Assembly (NCBI RefSeq): GCF_006345805.1 | Contig: NC_043011.1 | Span: forward strand, 64,058,464 to 64,122,463 | Length of the DNA: 64,000 bases | Origin: Octopus sinensis | Lineage: Eukaryota | Direction of reading: 5' to 3' | Part shown: positions 13,471-25,595 of the stretch, one piece after another | How positions within the stretch are numbered: the stretch's first letter is position 1 | How the letters are laid out: each line of letters begins with the position of its first letter | Notes under the pieces: generated by a model | What the model saw: the letters and a program-made list of their open reading frames with translations, nothing else | What the model was told of the DNA's origin: nothing | Databases searched by the model: none | Made by a program: the position numbers and the translations under genes

Positions 13471-14519
13471 CAAATCAGTCAAATATGCTTAAAATAAATA
13501 TTACATTACAATATGACTGCTATTTCCAGTGTCTGTTATGTTTTGATGTTATCATTGTTCCGTAAGGATATCTTCATGTACCTGGAGTTTGAAATTCTAA
13601 AGGGAACAGCTAGAACTCTTAAATTTCACTCATTAATACATGTCAAACAATATTGTGATGTAGGTATTTGTTATAATATTTTGTATAAGTTGATTTATAT
13701 TGCAGTTATAGATTTGCATCTATACACACACGTACATGTATGCATGTGAGTGTATATATACACAAATTATCAATCTTGCAACATTACGTAGTTTTCATGA
13801 AACTAATGTATACTTGTGCATGTATGTTTGTGTATGTATGTGTATTTGCGTGTGTATTGTGTACTGTTCCGGGATGGTAAGATCCGAAAAAAGCATTCCG
13901 TCTGGTGAGGAGAAGCCTGACTAATCGGATAACTCTGATAAGTCCAACCGCACGAAACTCTCAGACTTTGAGTTACTTCTGTTAAGTATCAATAAAAATA
14001 GATATATACAGACAGTCTGAGATTTAATTTTTCCTCTTTGCACCAACATAGCTTGTATCACTCTGATTTCCACTACTACTCCTCTCTCCTTCTACTACCA
14101 CCTGACCGGTATCGAACAAAAGCATTTCACCAAGCCGGTCACGTCTGCCCTTTTTAGTGACCTGTCTTTTGGTGTATTTTTCTTTTCTCCTTTGTGTTAC
14201 ATAGCCTCGTTTGACGCTGGAAAGGCCTTTTTCAGTTGTACCTGTATTATTACTAATATTTCTCTATCGTGCATCGTTTTAGTTTGACTTGATTGATTTT
14301 GTCCTTGCATACGTTCATGAGCTATTCCCCGAAACTTTCTGCTCTGGCGTTGCCAAGATGAAATGGTAATAATGTTTAAAGTGCGAAACCATTAGTATCT
14401 TTTGAACATCTATCAATCTATCTATCTACCTATCTGTCTGTCAGTCTTTCTGTCTGTGTGTCTGTCTGCTTGTCTGTCTACCTGCCAGCATGTCAGTCTA
14501 TCTGTCTACCTATCTTTCT

Positions 14520-14531
14520 GGATAGACAGAC

Positions 14532-14586
<55 letters not shown>

Positions 14587-14653
14587 TAGATAGATAGATA
14601 GATAGATAGATTAGATAGATAGATAGATAGATTATAGATAGATAGATAGATAT

Positions 14654-14695
<42 letters not shown>

Positions 14696-14715
14696 GGATA
14701 GATAGATGGATAGCT

Positions 14716-14797
<82 letters not shown>

Positions 14798-14820
14798 GTA
14801 TAGATGGATCGATAGATGGA
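14520..14820. repeat. (TA)n/(TAGA)n microsatellite
   Basis: Direct. Confidence 0.95.
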
Positions 14821-15339
14821 TCAGCTCTCAATCCTCTACACGTATAATTACTATGGTTTCTGATGTCCAACAGCAAGGACCACACACAATCGTAAATAAA
14901 GTGTATAAAACATTCCCAAAACGTAGCAGAAGGAGACACGTGTTGTACACACGATATCCCCACTCCAAAGTATGCCATATCTCCGACACATCTCACTTCT
15001 GAGTACATAATCATTCAAAAAAGTACTTCATAAAAGCTATTCAGAAAAGTATTTAAAAAGTAAATTGGACAAATGATATTAGCAAATATACGTCCGAATT
15101 CATGTAAGAGCAAAGTATCTTATTTATTAATAATAAAAGAATTATAGAAATGGTAGAGTCGATTCTTGGCTCAGATAATCGGACATAAAATAGATGCGAT
15201 TATCAGTAAAAAAAATATTATGAGGTTTGAAAAGAAAAGGGAAATAAAAGAAAAGAATAAGATGTAGGGAGACAGAAATATAATTCTTGTTAATTGTAGC
15301 AGCCCTAGGGAAAAGGCAGCAGCTGCAGGCTGAGACTAT

Positions 15340-15340
15340 A

Positions 15341-15371
<31 letters not shown>

Positions 15372-15575
15372 AAGAAGAAAAAGAAGAAGAAGAAAAATAA
15401 GAAGAAGAAGAAGAAGAAGTAGAAGAAGAGGAAGAGAAGAAGTGGAAGAAGAAGAAGAAGAAGAAGAAGAAGAAGAAGAAGAAGAAGAAGAAGAAGAAGA
15501 AGAAGAAGAAGAAGAAGAAGAAGAAGAAGAAGAAGAAGAAGAAGAAGAAGAAGAAGAAAAAGAAGAGGAAGAGAT
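15340..15575. repeat. (GAA)n purine tract
   Basis: Direct. Confidence 0.95.
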
Positions 15576-15929
15576 AAAGATTGTGAACACACACACATAT
15601 ATATAAATCAAAGATATTCCAACTTAATCTGATTTTCACGTTTTATTATTTACAAATTCTTAAAATTTACAATACTGAAATATACTAGTACAAACACACA
15701 GTCCGGTACAGACACACGCTTATGCACACACACGCCCTCGCGAACCTATATATGTATACACACACACTTATATCCTCATATATATATTTATATATATATG
15801 TGTGTGTGTGTGTGTATTCGTATTCATAAAATTTCAATATATTTGAAAATTTAGTAGCTGAAGACTCCTCATTTTAGTAAATATGTGAAATATTGTGACA
15901 GGTCTTTAAATAAATCAAGTACACACACA

Positions 15930-15985
<56 letters not shown>

Positions 15986-16000
15986 CGTAGTGATCGTGCA

Positions 16001-16010
16001 CATCTGCTAC
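16001..16010 (+). promoter_or_regulatory. CATCTG E-box upstream of paralog B (CATCTGCTAC)
   Basis: 75 nt upstream of ATG. Confidence 0.6.
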
Positions 16011-16075
16011 GAAGTATGTTATCTCGATTCCATAAGTCGGGTACACAAGGTGATAAGATTTGCTTATTATCAGAA

Positions 16076-16112
16076 ATGAAAGCTGTTATCATCTTTTCGT
16101 TGTTTCTTTTCA
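16076..16112 (+). CDS. Paralog B exon 1 (signal peptide MKAVIIFSLFLF)
   Basis: ATG 16076, 37 nt, GTAAGT donor, phase 1. Confidence 0.85.
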
Positions 16113-16245
16113 GTAAGTCTGTACTTCATAATTTCCCTCTATATTCACGTTCATATATTTAGTACGTTTGATGAAATATCTGTCTATCACTCACTCTATC
16201 TCTTTCTCTCTTTATGTATCTATATAACTACACATATATATATAT

Positions 16246-16282
<37 letters not shown>

Positions 16283-16287
<5 letters not shown>

Positions 16288-17188
16288 TCGCCATACTAAT
16301 ATGGCATTCTTATAAAAGTAAGAATAAAGCTGTCCGCTTATTAGCTCCATGAGGCCATCGCCTTAAGTTAGCTATTTGATACACAAACTGTATCCATATA
16401 ACCTTCGAACAGGGGAGGTCAGTCGCTCCACACTACTTGACCGGCAGCTACAGACGCGTTTCGGGGTATTGCCCCTTTTCAATGCAGGGTAGCCAGACCA
16501 GTAGGTGTCGCTTCTGACAATCTCTGTTCGAAGGTTTTATTTATCTAGCTTCGGTGGAATACATCCACTTGTTTTCAATAATAGAAATATTAAAATTACT
16601 AAGTCAAGTAGTGTGGAGCGACTGACCTCCCTTGTTCGCAGGTAATATGGATACAGTTTGTGTATCAAATAGCTAACTTAAGGCGATGGCCTCATGGAGC
16701 TAATAAGCGGACAGCTTTATTCTTATTTTTATAAGAATGCCATATTGGTATGGCGATAACTATTATTTTCCGGGAACGCTGACGCTGTTCTCTTTTAGAG
16801 AGACTTAGTTATTTTAATATTTATATTATTGAAAACAAGTGGATGTATTCCACCGAGACTAGGTAAATAAAACCATCGAACAGAGATTGTCGGAAGCGAC
16901 ACCTACTGGCTGGCTACGCTGCATTGAAAAGGGGCAATACCCCGAAACGCGTCTGTAGCTGCCGGTCAAGTAGTGTGGAGCGACTGACCTCCCTTGTTCG
17001 AAGGTTATATGGATACAGTTTGTGTATCAAATAGCTAACTTAAGGCGATGGCCTCATGGAGCTAATAAGCGGACAGCTTTTTTCTTATTTTTATAAGAAT
17101 GCCATATTAGTATGGCGATAACTATTATTTTCCGGGAACGCTGCCGCTGTTCTCTTTTAGAGAGACTTAGTAATTTTAATATTTCTAT

Positions 17189-17189
<1 letters not shown>
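16283..17189 (+). mobile_element. Retrozyme/PLE-pLTR-like element: 362-nt monomer, about 1.6 direct copies plus 5' inverted segment, in (TA)n
   Basis: TCAAGTAGTGTGGAGCG recurs at 16604 and 16966; 16283-16603 is reverse-complementary; (TA)n on both flanks. Confidence 0.85.
16919..16958 (+). ncRNA. Minimal type I hammerhead ribozyme candidate, U3-A8 core
   Basis: CUGCA-UUGAAAA-GGGG caaua CCCC-GAAA-CGCG-UC-UGUAG; second copy with identical stems and core on the minus strand at 16448-16487. Confidence 0.75.
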
Positions 17190-17224
<35 letters not shown>

Positions 17225-17242
17225 CATATATATATTATATAT

Positions 17243-17327
<85 letters not shown>

Positions 17328-17959
17328 TTTAACCCAGGAAAGCATTCCTTCCAGCTGTTTCACGACACAAAACCTGTGTCTGATATATCGTGAGTAAGGG
17401 AACGAAACACATCCCTCTAGTTTTGCAAGACCAGGAGGCCGTGATTTCTGGGTCTTTACCCGTCACCAATACTGGATAGCTATCTGCGGGGAAACTACCA
17501 CCACGAATTTTATTCCCCCCTCTGTTGCTGCCGTTCGTCTTTCATTTATATTGCACGGCCATACACATAAGTGTTTGAAGCATAGGGTCTCTTGGAAAAC
17601 ATCCACTCTCGAGCACCTGTAATTACATTCATATGTTACATAAGACAATCTATCCATGACAAAGTACTCCACGGCCATGAAGCATTTCTCAAATATCCAT
17701 ATATGATCAGGAAATCTTTGACAAGCACTGTCACATAAGCAACCTAAACCGCATTTCCCTCATAGTCTGTAATTTGAAATGTGGAATTGTCACTATTTCA
17801 GCTTCTCTATATAAATTTCTTAATTTGCTGCTCCTTATTGTCATTTTTCATGAATGTATTTATCGGTTTCTGAAATCAGTGTATACCCTTATATGTGACT
17901 CATCTACTTATTTTTTGTATTACTTTCAATGTTTTTACTTTCGATATTCTGTATAAGTA

Positions 17960-18360
17960 ATTCGATTACTTATATGAGGTGGGATGCTCATTATGTATTA
18001 GTTCATTAGAAAGAGACACAACACACCCAGAGCTAATAAAACAAATTGTTATACAAAAATACGAAGCAACGAATAATAACGAGCTAGCTTATGAAAAGCA
18101 TCTGAGAAGACATACCTGCATCTGTGACGCAATCACATTTGCTTGTACACCATATCTCACCAGCTGGGTCCGGTGCAGGATGAGTCGAAACGACTGTAGT
18201 AAAAAAAGGGTCTTCCGACGAAATGCTTTCTCTTATACTTTTATAAGCTCTACGGACGCAGAGAAGTTCCTCAAGAAAATAGATTAGAAAATCCCTCCCC
18301 AGTGTACATGACGCCATCTACAGGTATCGGTATACTATGAGCGGGCTTTAAGCGGCACAA
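17960..18360 (+). mobile_element. Possible piggyBac-like transposase C-terminal relic
   Basis: Decayed KRL..KKGLPTKCFLLY.YKLYGRRE resembles a Cys-rich C-terminus; weak. Confidence 0.25.
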
Positions 18361-18827
18361 TACAAAATATATACTCGAATGCAAAATTATATATATATAT
18401 ATATATGCATATGTGTGTGCGCGTGTGTGTGTCTGTTTGTCTGAGGTGCGCTAAAATGAGGAAAATGCCATAAATGTCGAAATTATAGGTGACAATATAC
18501 GATGTGATGTCTAATTATTTATAAGCATTGCAAAATTGTCTATAAATTAAACTGAAGCCTGAAAGCAGAATATAGAAAGACATCGCATACAGTGACATTC
18601 CCACAGACACTTACAACCAGACACTCACACATTCACACGGACACAATTGTGGTAGATTTACGCATTTAATGGTGTGGTCATTATAACAATTTCTACTTTA
18701 TCTCCTGATAGTTTGAATCCGGTTTTCTATTTTTAAATTAAAATTTTATTTTATAGGAGAAACGGAAAGATAAATGTCTGTGTTTCAAGTGTCTTTGGTT
18801 TCATTAACAGTAACTTTTGCATTTTAG

Positions 18828-18927
18828 GCGTTGAGATGCATAACGTTTGTCCTGATTTGGCAAGAAGACACTGTAACTTTCCTGAGTACAATTTTAATAA
18901 TTATGCTTGGGACCCACATTTCTGCAG
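18828..18927 (+). CDS. Paralog B exon 2 (S-VEMHNVCPDLARRHCNFPEYNFNNYAWDPHFC-R)
   Basis: cattttag acceptor, 100 nt, phase 1->2, gtatat donor; Cys spacing identical to A, C and E. Confidence 0.9.
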
Positions 18928-19051
18928 GTATATATATCTGCTCTAATATTTTCGTAGGTCATGAAATATCTAAAAGTTTACTAACTTGCTTATTACTTTT
19001 TCTTTGATCACCTGAGTTACTCTCTTTCTTCCTCTCTGTTTGTATATTAAC

Positions 19052-19120
<69 letters not shown>

Positions 19121-19359
19121 AGAGCTAAGACGCCGTAAAGTTGTAGTTAATACGCGTAAGGGAAAACATATATACTAACATAGACTTGAATAATCTGAAA
19201 AGTGCTGAATGAGAATTCTTACTGCTTACGTCAGTTTCGACAATTTCCATTGCCTCATTAGTTATTCACAAGTGGTAAAATGTTCCGTAAGTGTGGTTGA
19301 AACCATTTCATATTCTTCCCTGCTTTTTTAATAAGAACAATAAACATGTGTGTACGAAG

Positions 19360-19670
19360 TGACCGTCTTCTTCAAACTCAGCGGCCTCACAATTTCTCAT
19401 ACCACCTGTGTCATCTCTTGTGAAAGGTAGGAGAGTCCAGTTTGCTGGACATTGTTGTAGAGCTGAAAAAGAAGTAATATCTACTCTTCTCCTCTGGAAG
19501 CCATCTACTCGCAACACCAGAGGGCGCACACTCTCCTACACTGATGTAATCTCCAGGGATACAGGCATCCAGCAACAGGACCTCTTTAATGCTATGATGG
19601 ACCGTGAAGTCTGGCGCAACATGGTAAATTCCATTGTCTCGACCACGGTTGAACAATGATGACGATGATT
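19360..19670 (+). mobile_element. RTE-type LINE 3' end
   Basis: RRVQFAGHCCR...RGRTLSYTDVISRD...AMMDREVWR followed by a (GAT)-like tail. Confidence 0.8.
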
Positions 19671-20026
19671 TCTCATATGCTCTAGAAACTTGTCGGCATT
19701 AATTAGAACACTCTGCTTACAGTTGGCTGTAGTATTCTCTGCATCAAGCGATGTATTATTGACATATCTTATGTCGTTTATTAATGTTCTGCGCCAATGA
19801 GCATTTGATCATTCTGTTTTTTCTTTTTCCCTTCCAAATGTGTTGAATCTGATATCTGTCTTAGAAAGGCGTTGCTGTTCTAACCAGTGTATGTGATCTA
19901 CTATATTTCATCTTCCTTCTAAGTAGAATTTTTTTCATCAAAGAAGTTAAATTCCTTTTCATTGTAACTTATTTACCTGCATAGTTTTGCAAAGTGAAGA
20001 ATTCTCGATTAACTACGCTTTTACAG

Positions 20027-20114
20027 GAACTTCAGAGCGAAAGCACCATGTCTTATAGGATTGACGAAAACTTGTGATGCATATTTTAATAGATATAAGA
20101 ACCGTAAATGTTCG
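20027..20114 (+). CDS. Paralog B exon 3 (NFRAKAPCLIGLTKTCDAYFNRYKNRKCS)
   Basis: ttttacag acceptor, 88 nt, phase 2->0, gtaaga donor. Confidence 0.9.
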
Positions 20115-20329
20115 GTAAGATATTCCAGTTTATTTACAGTGTGATAATTAAATTTACTTAGCTTCTTTATGTTGTCCGTTCATTGCACTCATTTTAATAG
20201 AGGGTAATTAAGGCATTGCTAGCATATATTCCAATGGTTAACACACTGGCTTTGCTTTATAATATTGTAATTGTTTCTATAATATTTTATACAATAAAAA
20301 CGAGGTTCTAATATTTCCTTACAGTAAAT

Positions 20330-20600
20330 GCATTCTAGATTCATAATTCCATTTAAAATCTTTTCTATTTAGTAACTGAGAAATGCTGGTGCAATTAACA
20401 AGAGTATGGCTACGAGAAGTAGAGTGTGAAATGACTTTGAACACCATGTTTAGGTTTGCCGAGTAACGCTTATGGGTGTGGCACTTCAAGTTATTAGCAA
20501 TGACCCATGCACCTTGACCAGCATAGAGACCTCCGGTGGCTTGCGCCTTCTGATTTTGTGTTAGTCTTGGCATGCCTACTGCTTCGTGAAACGAATAACA
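20330..20600 (-). mobile_element. Tc1-like transposase N-terminal relic
   Basis: MPRLTQNQKAQATGGLYAGQGAWVIANNLKCH. Confidence 0.55.
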
Positions 20601-20845
20601 AGTAAGTGAATGTGGATGCCTTTATACCCAGTTTTGCACGATCATGTTGCTTTTCATAAAGATGCGTTCACGAGCATTACCATACTCAAGAAACATGATC
20701 GAGTTCGAACCCAAATGCAATGCTTGTATTTTCAAAAGATGGTCATGTTATGGGTTTGCGACATCTTCCTCATTTCAAATTAACTAGAAATGTGATAAAA
20801 TATATTTAATCTCAATATCACGTGTGCAACTAATAATATTTACAG

Positions 20846-20874
20846 TGCGACGAGTCATTTGTAGATCAGTATAG
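20846..20874 (+). CDS. Paralog B exon 4 (CDESFVDQY-R)
   Basis: atttacag acceptor, 29 nt, phase 0->2 bridging exons 3 and 5; donor gtgtgt is weak. Confidence 0.6.
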
Positions 20875-20985
20875 GTGTGTGTTTGTGTATGTGTGTGTAT
20901 GTGTGTGTGCGTATGTTTCTATGTATATTTATAATATATGTTTATATATCTTGATATCATGTATAATAAATATTTATACTTTCAG

Positions 20986-21014
20986 GGACGTCGTTTCGTA
21001 TGGTAAAATGAAAG
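20986..21014 (+). CDS. Paralog B exon 5 (DVVSYGKMK-G)
   Basis: tactttcag acceptor, AAG|gtaaga donor, 29 nt, phase 2->1. Confidence 0.7.
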
Positions 21015-21282
21015 GTAAGATTTATGCTTTATATATTAAATATTTCATATCATATCATAGGAATTAATGATGAATACTAACATGCCATGAGTAGTAGATA
21101 TGATAGATTAGGTATGTATGAAGATATGTATCGCCCACTGCATACGTGTGGGTGTATGTCTGTGCGTATGTATGTATATATATCAGCACACCATACACAT
21201 GAATCTTTGTGAAACTTCGTCGTTTCTGTGCATTAGTTTAAATGTGTATTATACCATAGGCAAAATCATTTATGCATGTGGA

Positions 21283-21430
21283 CGCGTGTGGCATAGTGGT
21301 AACGGGTGATGGACACATGGTCGTTAGATTGTGGTTTCGATTCCTGGGCCGAGCGACGCGTTGTGCTCTTAATCAAAACTCTTTATTTCGTTTCGCTCCA
21401 GTCCACTTGGAGAATATACACACCATTGAA
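21283..21430 (+). mobile_element. Degenerate tRNA-derived SINE
   Basis: GGCATAGTGGTA A-box-like and GGTTTCGATTCC B-box-like motifs. Confidence 0.55.
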
Positions 21431-21524
21431 ACCAGGATATAGGCCCTTATGAGACTGGCAGAGCACGAGAAGTAAACGTTTCAATGTTATTATTTATGCA
21501 TATGAATATATCTACAGATGTGTG

Positions 21525-21559
<35 letters not shown>

Positions 21560-21739
21560 GTATGTATGAATGTGTGTGCCTGTTTATGTGTCTCTGTAAG
21601 TATGTCTAATGTTACATACACTTACAAAGTCACATATACACATGAATGTATGGTCACTTGACCATTTAAGAGGACTAGCAACAGCCAACTACTATCATAC
21701 CATTCCCGTATTTTCCCTATTCTTTCTCTTCTTTTCGTA

Positions 21740-21850
21740 CTCTTTCTCCTCTTCTTCTTCTTCTTTCTTCTTTTTCTTCTTCTTCTTCTTCTTCTTCTTC
21801 TTTTTCTTCTTCTTCTTTCTTCTTCTTCTTCTTCTTCTCCTTCTTCTTCT
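21740..21850. repeat. (TTC)n pyrimidine tract
   Basis: Direct. Confidence 0.95.
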
Positions 21851-22595
21851 ACGCCTGCTCCCCCGGCTACTACTGCTTAAACAATCAAAACCAAGAGCCC
21901 ATAACAAATGTTCTTTTAGGACTACTATTACCTGCTACCTACTACCAAGCCGTCGCAAGAGTAAAAATAAAAGTGAAAGAGAGTGAGAGAGACAGAGACA
22001 GATAAATAGGAAAATGTCCCTTGTATTTAGAAAGTAAATATAATGAACTTCTCGTTTCACATATACATTTGTATTTATTCAGCCAAAGACCCAAAATTCA
22101 AGAATTTCTCCAAAGGAATATTCAATACATCAAATATAGCAAATATATATAAATATATTAAAAAAATATAGAATAATCAATACATATAAAAATATATGGA
22201 TACATATAATGGTCGATTTACAGAGTATACAAAAATCATAAAAAGAATTAAAAGTTTATAAAATGAGATTTTCAGGTATTACAAATCCAGTTAATAATCC
22301 TCCAGAAAGTACAATATTACGATTCTCATCAGCAAATGCATCGTGCACAATGCTGAATTAATGACACGAAATGATTTTCCATGTTTCTTTTTTTTTGTTT
22401 TTACCGCATGGTAAACAGAAAATCGGCCGCGTGGTGAACGGGGCATGTGTGCGTATGATAACTATATGTATGCATGCATGTATGTATTTATGTATGTATG
22501 TATGTATGTATGTATGTATGTATGTATGTATGTGTGTGTGTATAATGTGTGTGTATGTATGCATGAATGTATGTATATGAATGTATAAATACATA

Positions 22596-23444
22596 TACCT
22601 TAACTGATCAATAAGTATCCGGACGTTTGCTATAATAAGGAAGCTAAATTACGTTGAGTGAAGCCGCTTCGCACCGATTGACCTTGAAAACTGTTGCGCA
22701 TGTGTATTAAGTTTTGAGGATACAGCCCAATTCTGCTGTTTACAGCAGTGTTTGTAGTGAAGGTTTATACCGAGTGATCGTTGGATTACCAATGGCAGAA
22801 AAAGCTGAGCAGAGAATCTGCATCAAACTTTGCCAATTGCTTTGCAAAATACTCAAAGTCTTACGCAAAGTTTTCAAAGAGTTTCTGTCGTTCTCGTCAC
22901 AATCAAGGAAATCTTGAAACCCGAACGTCTTTTTCGTCAACTGAAAGCAGTTTTAGCACAGACGTAGCAGACACCCAGTGATAGTGGACTGCACTGAACC
23001 ACAACTCATCTGCACATCCTCTGATAACTACCGGATGCTGATGTGACGATTTCTTTTCTTAGCTCCATGCACTTCTCTGATATTTTTCTCAGTTCTCGTT
23101 GTTGCGGTTCTGCCAGAACATTCGTGAATATCAACATCTTTTTTCCATCTAGGAAACATCTGTATCACTCGTACACTTGTGTACGGCTCATATACTCCCC
23201 TTCAAATACTTTCTGCAACTTTGCATAGGCCTCTGACCAGGTATCGCCATAACAACATTCTCTGTCAATGTTCAATGCAACAATCCTATGCTACACACCT
23301 TCCTTCGCAGTGGATGTCAGTTAGAGCGTCAAAACCTAGTGTGCATGCGCAGTCGATTTCAAGTGCAATCTTTGCCAAGCGGTTTTAATCTGCATGCTCA
23401 GTTATTATAACAATAGCCCTGATACTTATTGACGAAACCGCGTA
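22596..23444. mobile_element. Two convergent mariner 5' fragments bounded by TCAATAAGTATC TIR cores
   Basis: + strand MAEKAEQRICIKLCQ; - strand EAYAKLQKVFEGEYMSRTQVYE; TA at both outer ends. Confidence 0.7.
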
Positions 23445-24213
23445 TATTCTCATATTCTGAACACTTGATTTTATTTCTTTCAGTTCCATCGTTATCTTGG
23501 CAAAGAAACTAACCGAAATAAGGTGAGGAATAGCATCATAGAATATCATATGATAACATCGAGTTGGCATGGTCTAGCCTTATCCGTAGCGTCTTAATTT
23601 CACCGCATTAACAGCGTATGATTTCATCGAAAATATTTTTTACACTTTAGAATGATGTTTTATCCCCCAACGAAGGGAACTGATAGTAGGATGACACATT
23701 TCCCCAAATTCCGCATTGTTTTCTACCGTGTTAACAAGTAGTTATATTACTATAACAGTTATCAAATAGTCGTGCTCCATATAAATAGAGAGGCAATAAT
23801 TGATAATTATTCCAAATTTGTTTTATTTTAATAGATTAGCAGTTTTGATTATTTCGCAGTCCCAATACTGATAACCGGGAAATATAGATAATATATACAT
23901 TTGGCTATAATTATAATATATTATACAAGGGTATTATGAAAACTATAGTCTGTAATATAAAGGTGTCTGAGTTCAGTGTCGCTCACTAAACTTTCTGAAC
24001 ATCGTTGAAATATATAAACACTAATGTAAAATGAAGACACCGCTGCTGTAGTTCATATTACATTAATTCTAATAGTATGTAATAATAATTCTAATAGTAT
24101 TGTCAACCTTTTTAAGCAATAATACGTAGAGTGTATTGTATATAGAGTCTGATCTCCGTGATATACTCACTAATGTATTTATTCCAATACTGATCGCTTT
24201 CTTTCCATTACAG

Positions 24214-24251
24214 GTAGCAACAGAGTTACTATTATGTATGCAACTGAATAA
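24214..24251 (+). CDS. Paralog B terminal exon (G-SNRVTIMYATE*); completes a 106-aa precursor
   Basis: ctttccattacag acceptor, phase 1, stop overlapping AATAAA; exons sum to 321 nt in frame. Confidence 0.7.
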
Positions 24252-24289
24252 ACACTACATAACTGTGTCTGCGTTATTTTGATTTTATG

Positions 24290-24380
24290 GTCGATAAATA
24301 AAGTACCAGTACTGGGGTCGATCGAGTCGAGTGGCCCTTCCCACAAAATTGAAGGCCTTGTGTCTAGAGTATAAAAGAAT
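24290..24380 (+). mobile_element. SINE 3' fragment (family of 56528)
   Basis: GGTCGATAAATAAAGTACCAGT..GGGGTCGAT..GGCCTTGTGTCTAGAGTA. Confidence 0.65.
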
Positions 24381-24619
24381 ATTCCTCTTTACTCTAATGT
24401 ATTAATAATCTACGTAACACGATGGCTTACGTGGTTACTCATAATTTCATGTTCATTTTAACCTTAGATTTCTATCACAATTCCCCAATCCTGTTATATA
24501 CAATGAGGCTATAAATGATATTAAAACATTACACATGCACAGACATAAACAGGCACACACATGCACACAGACTGAAACACCACACATAGTGAATAGAGAA
24601 AAGCAAGCGCTTTATACAT

Positions 24620-24673
<54 letters not shown>

Positions 24674-25559
24674 GAATACAAACACTTATGCCTTAAAGTT
24701 GTCTATAGATATGCAAAAGAATCTGCTTCAGTTCGAAAGAAGAAAATGGCTGATATTACATCGGTTTCCTCTAACTTTACGGTATCAGTAATTGCCATTT
24801 TCTAATGCAGAGATGTGGAGCCGAAGAACTCATCAGGCAAAGCTACTTTCAAGTGTCGCAAAGGCGTAGTGAAATCACACATGTATTACACATTATGGAC
24901 TTCTCTGATCATCTCGGGGTTTGCAGTTGGCCAGCCATTTCCTTCCAGCAGCAACGCTCTATCTTTTCGGGACTACTGTTCTTAACTGTGGTCACCTACA
25001 TTGTCAAATTAACAGCGGAATTTGAGATGGTTGAGCGGCGTTACAAAATGGAAATTGCATCAATGAAGAAGCAACGATTCTACTACCTAGAGCGAAGTCG
25101 GGAATGATATGCTGTGATATTGTTATAGAATATCATGGAGAGACTGGCACCAACCATATGTATATAGGACAACACCAGCTCTCGAACGGCACGTCACTGC
25201 ATTGCTCCAAATATCGCAGCTATCCCGTCAAGAGTGAGGAACATATACTGCAATAGCTTCTGATTCAAGGGTACAGCTGCTATTTAACGCGTAGGTACAA
25301 ACTCTGAGGGAGCTTCATGGAGTAGATGTAGATATTTTCACGAAACAGCTTGACCTTCTAAACAAGGTGACGAATGAACCAAAGCAGCAGACACGAAAGA
25401 GGTCAGCAGTGTCGAACTCTTATAAAAAAACAAAAAAAAAAAAACAAATTCAAAATTGTCCATTAAAAATTTTATTATTCTGCTATTGCTCCCGCATGAC
25501 CACATCGTTAAGGCTGAAACGTATTAAAGAATATATATATATATATGTGTGTGTGTGTG

Positions 25560-25595
<36 letters not shown>

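Noticed and set aside
16604-17189. CRISPR-like or satellite interpretation of the tandem repeat
   Set aside because: 362-nt monomers without spacers in eukaryotic DNA; architecture fits PLE/retrozyme.
20986-21006. GRR amidation signal if B exon 5 were read in phase 0
   Set aside because: The phase-2 reading links exon 4 to a terminal exon matching paralog A in length, so it is better supported.
24805-25107. 100-aa ORF
   Set aside because: No recognisable domain, splice structure or repeat partner.
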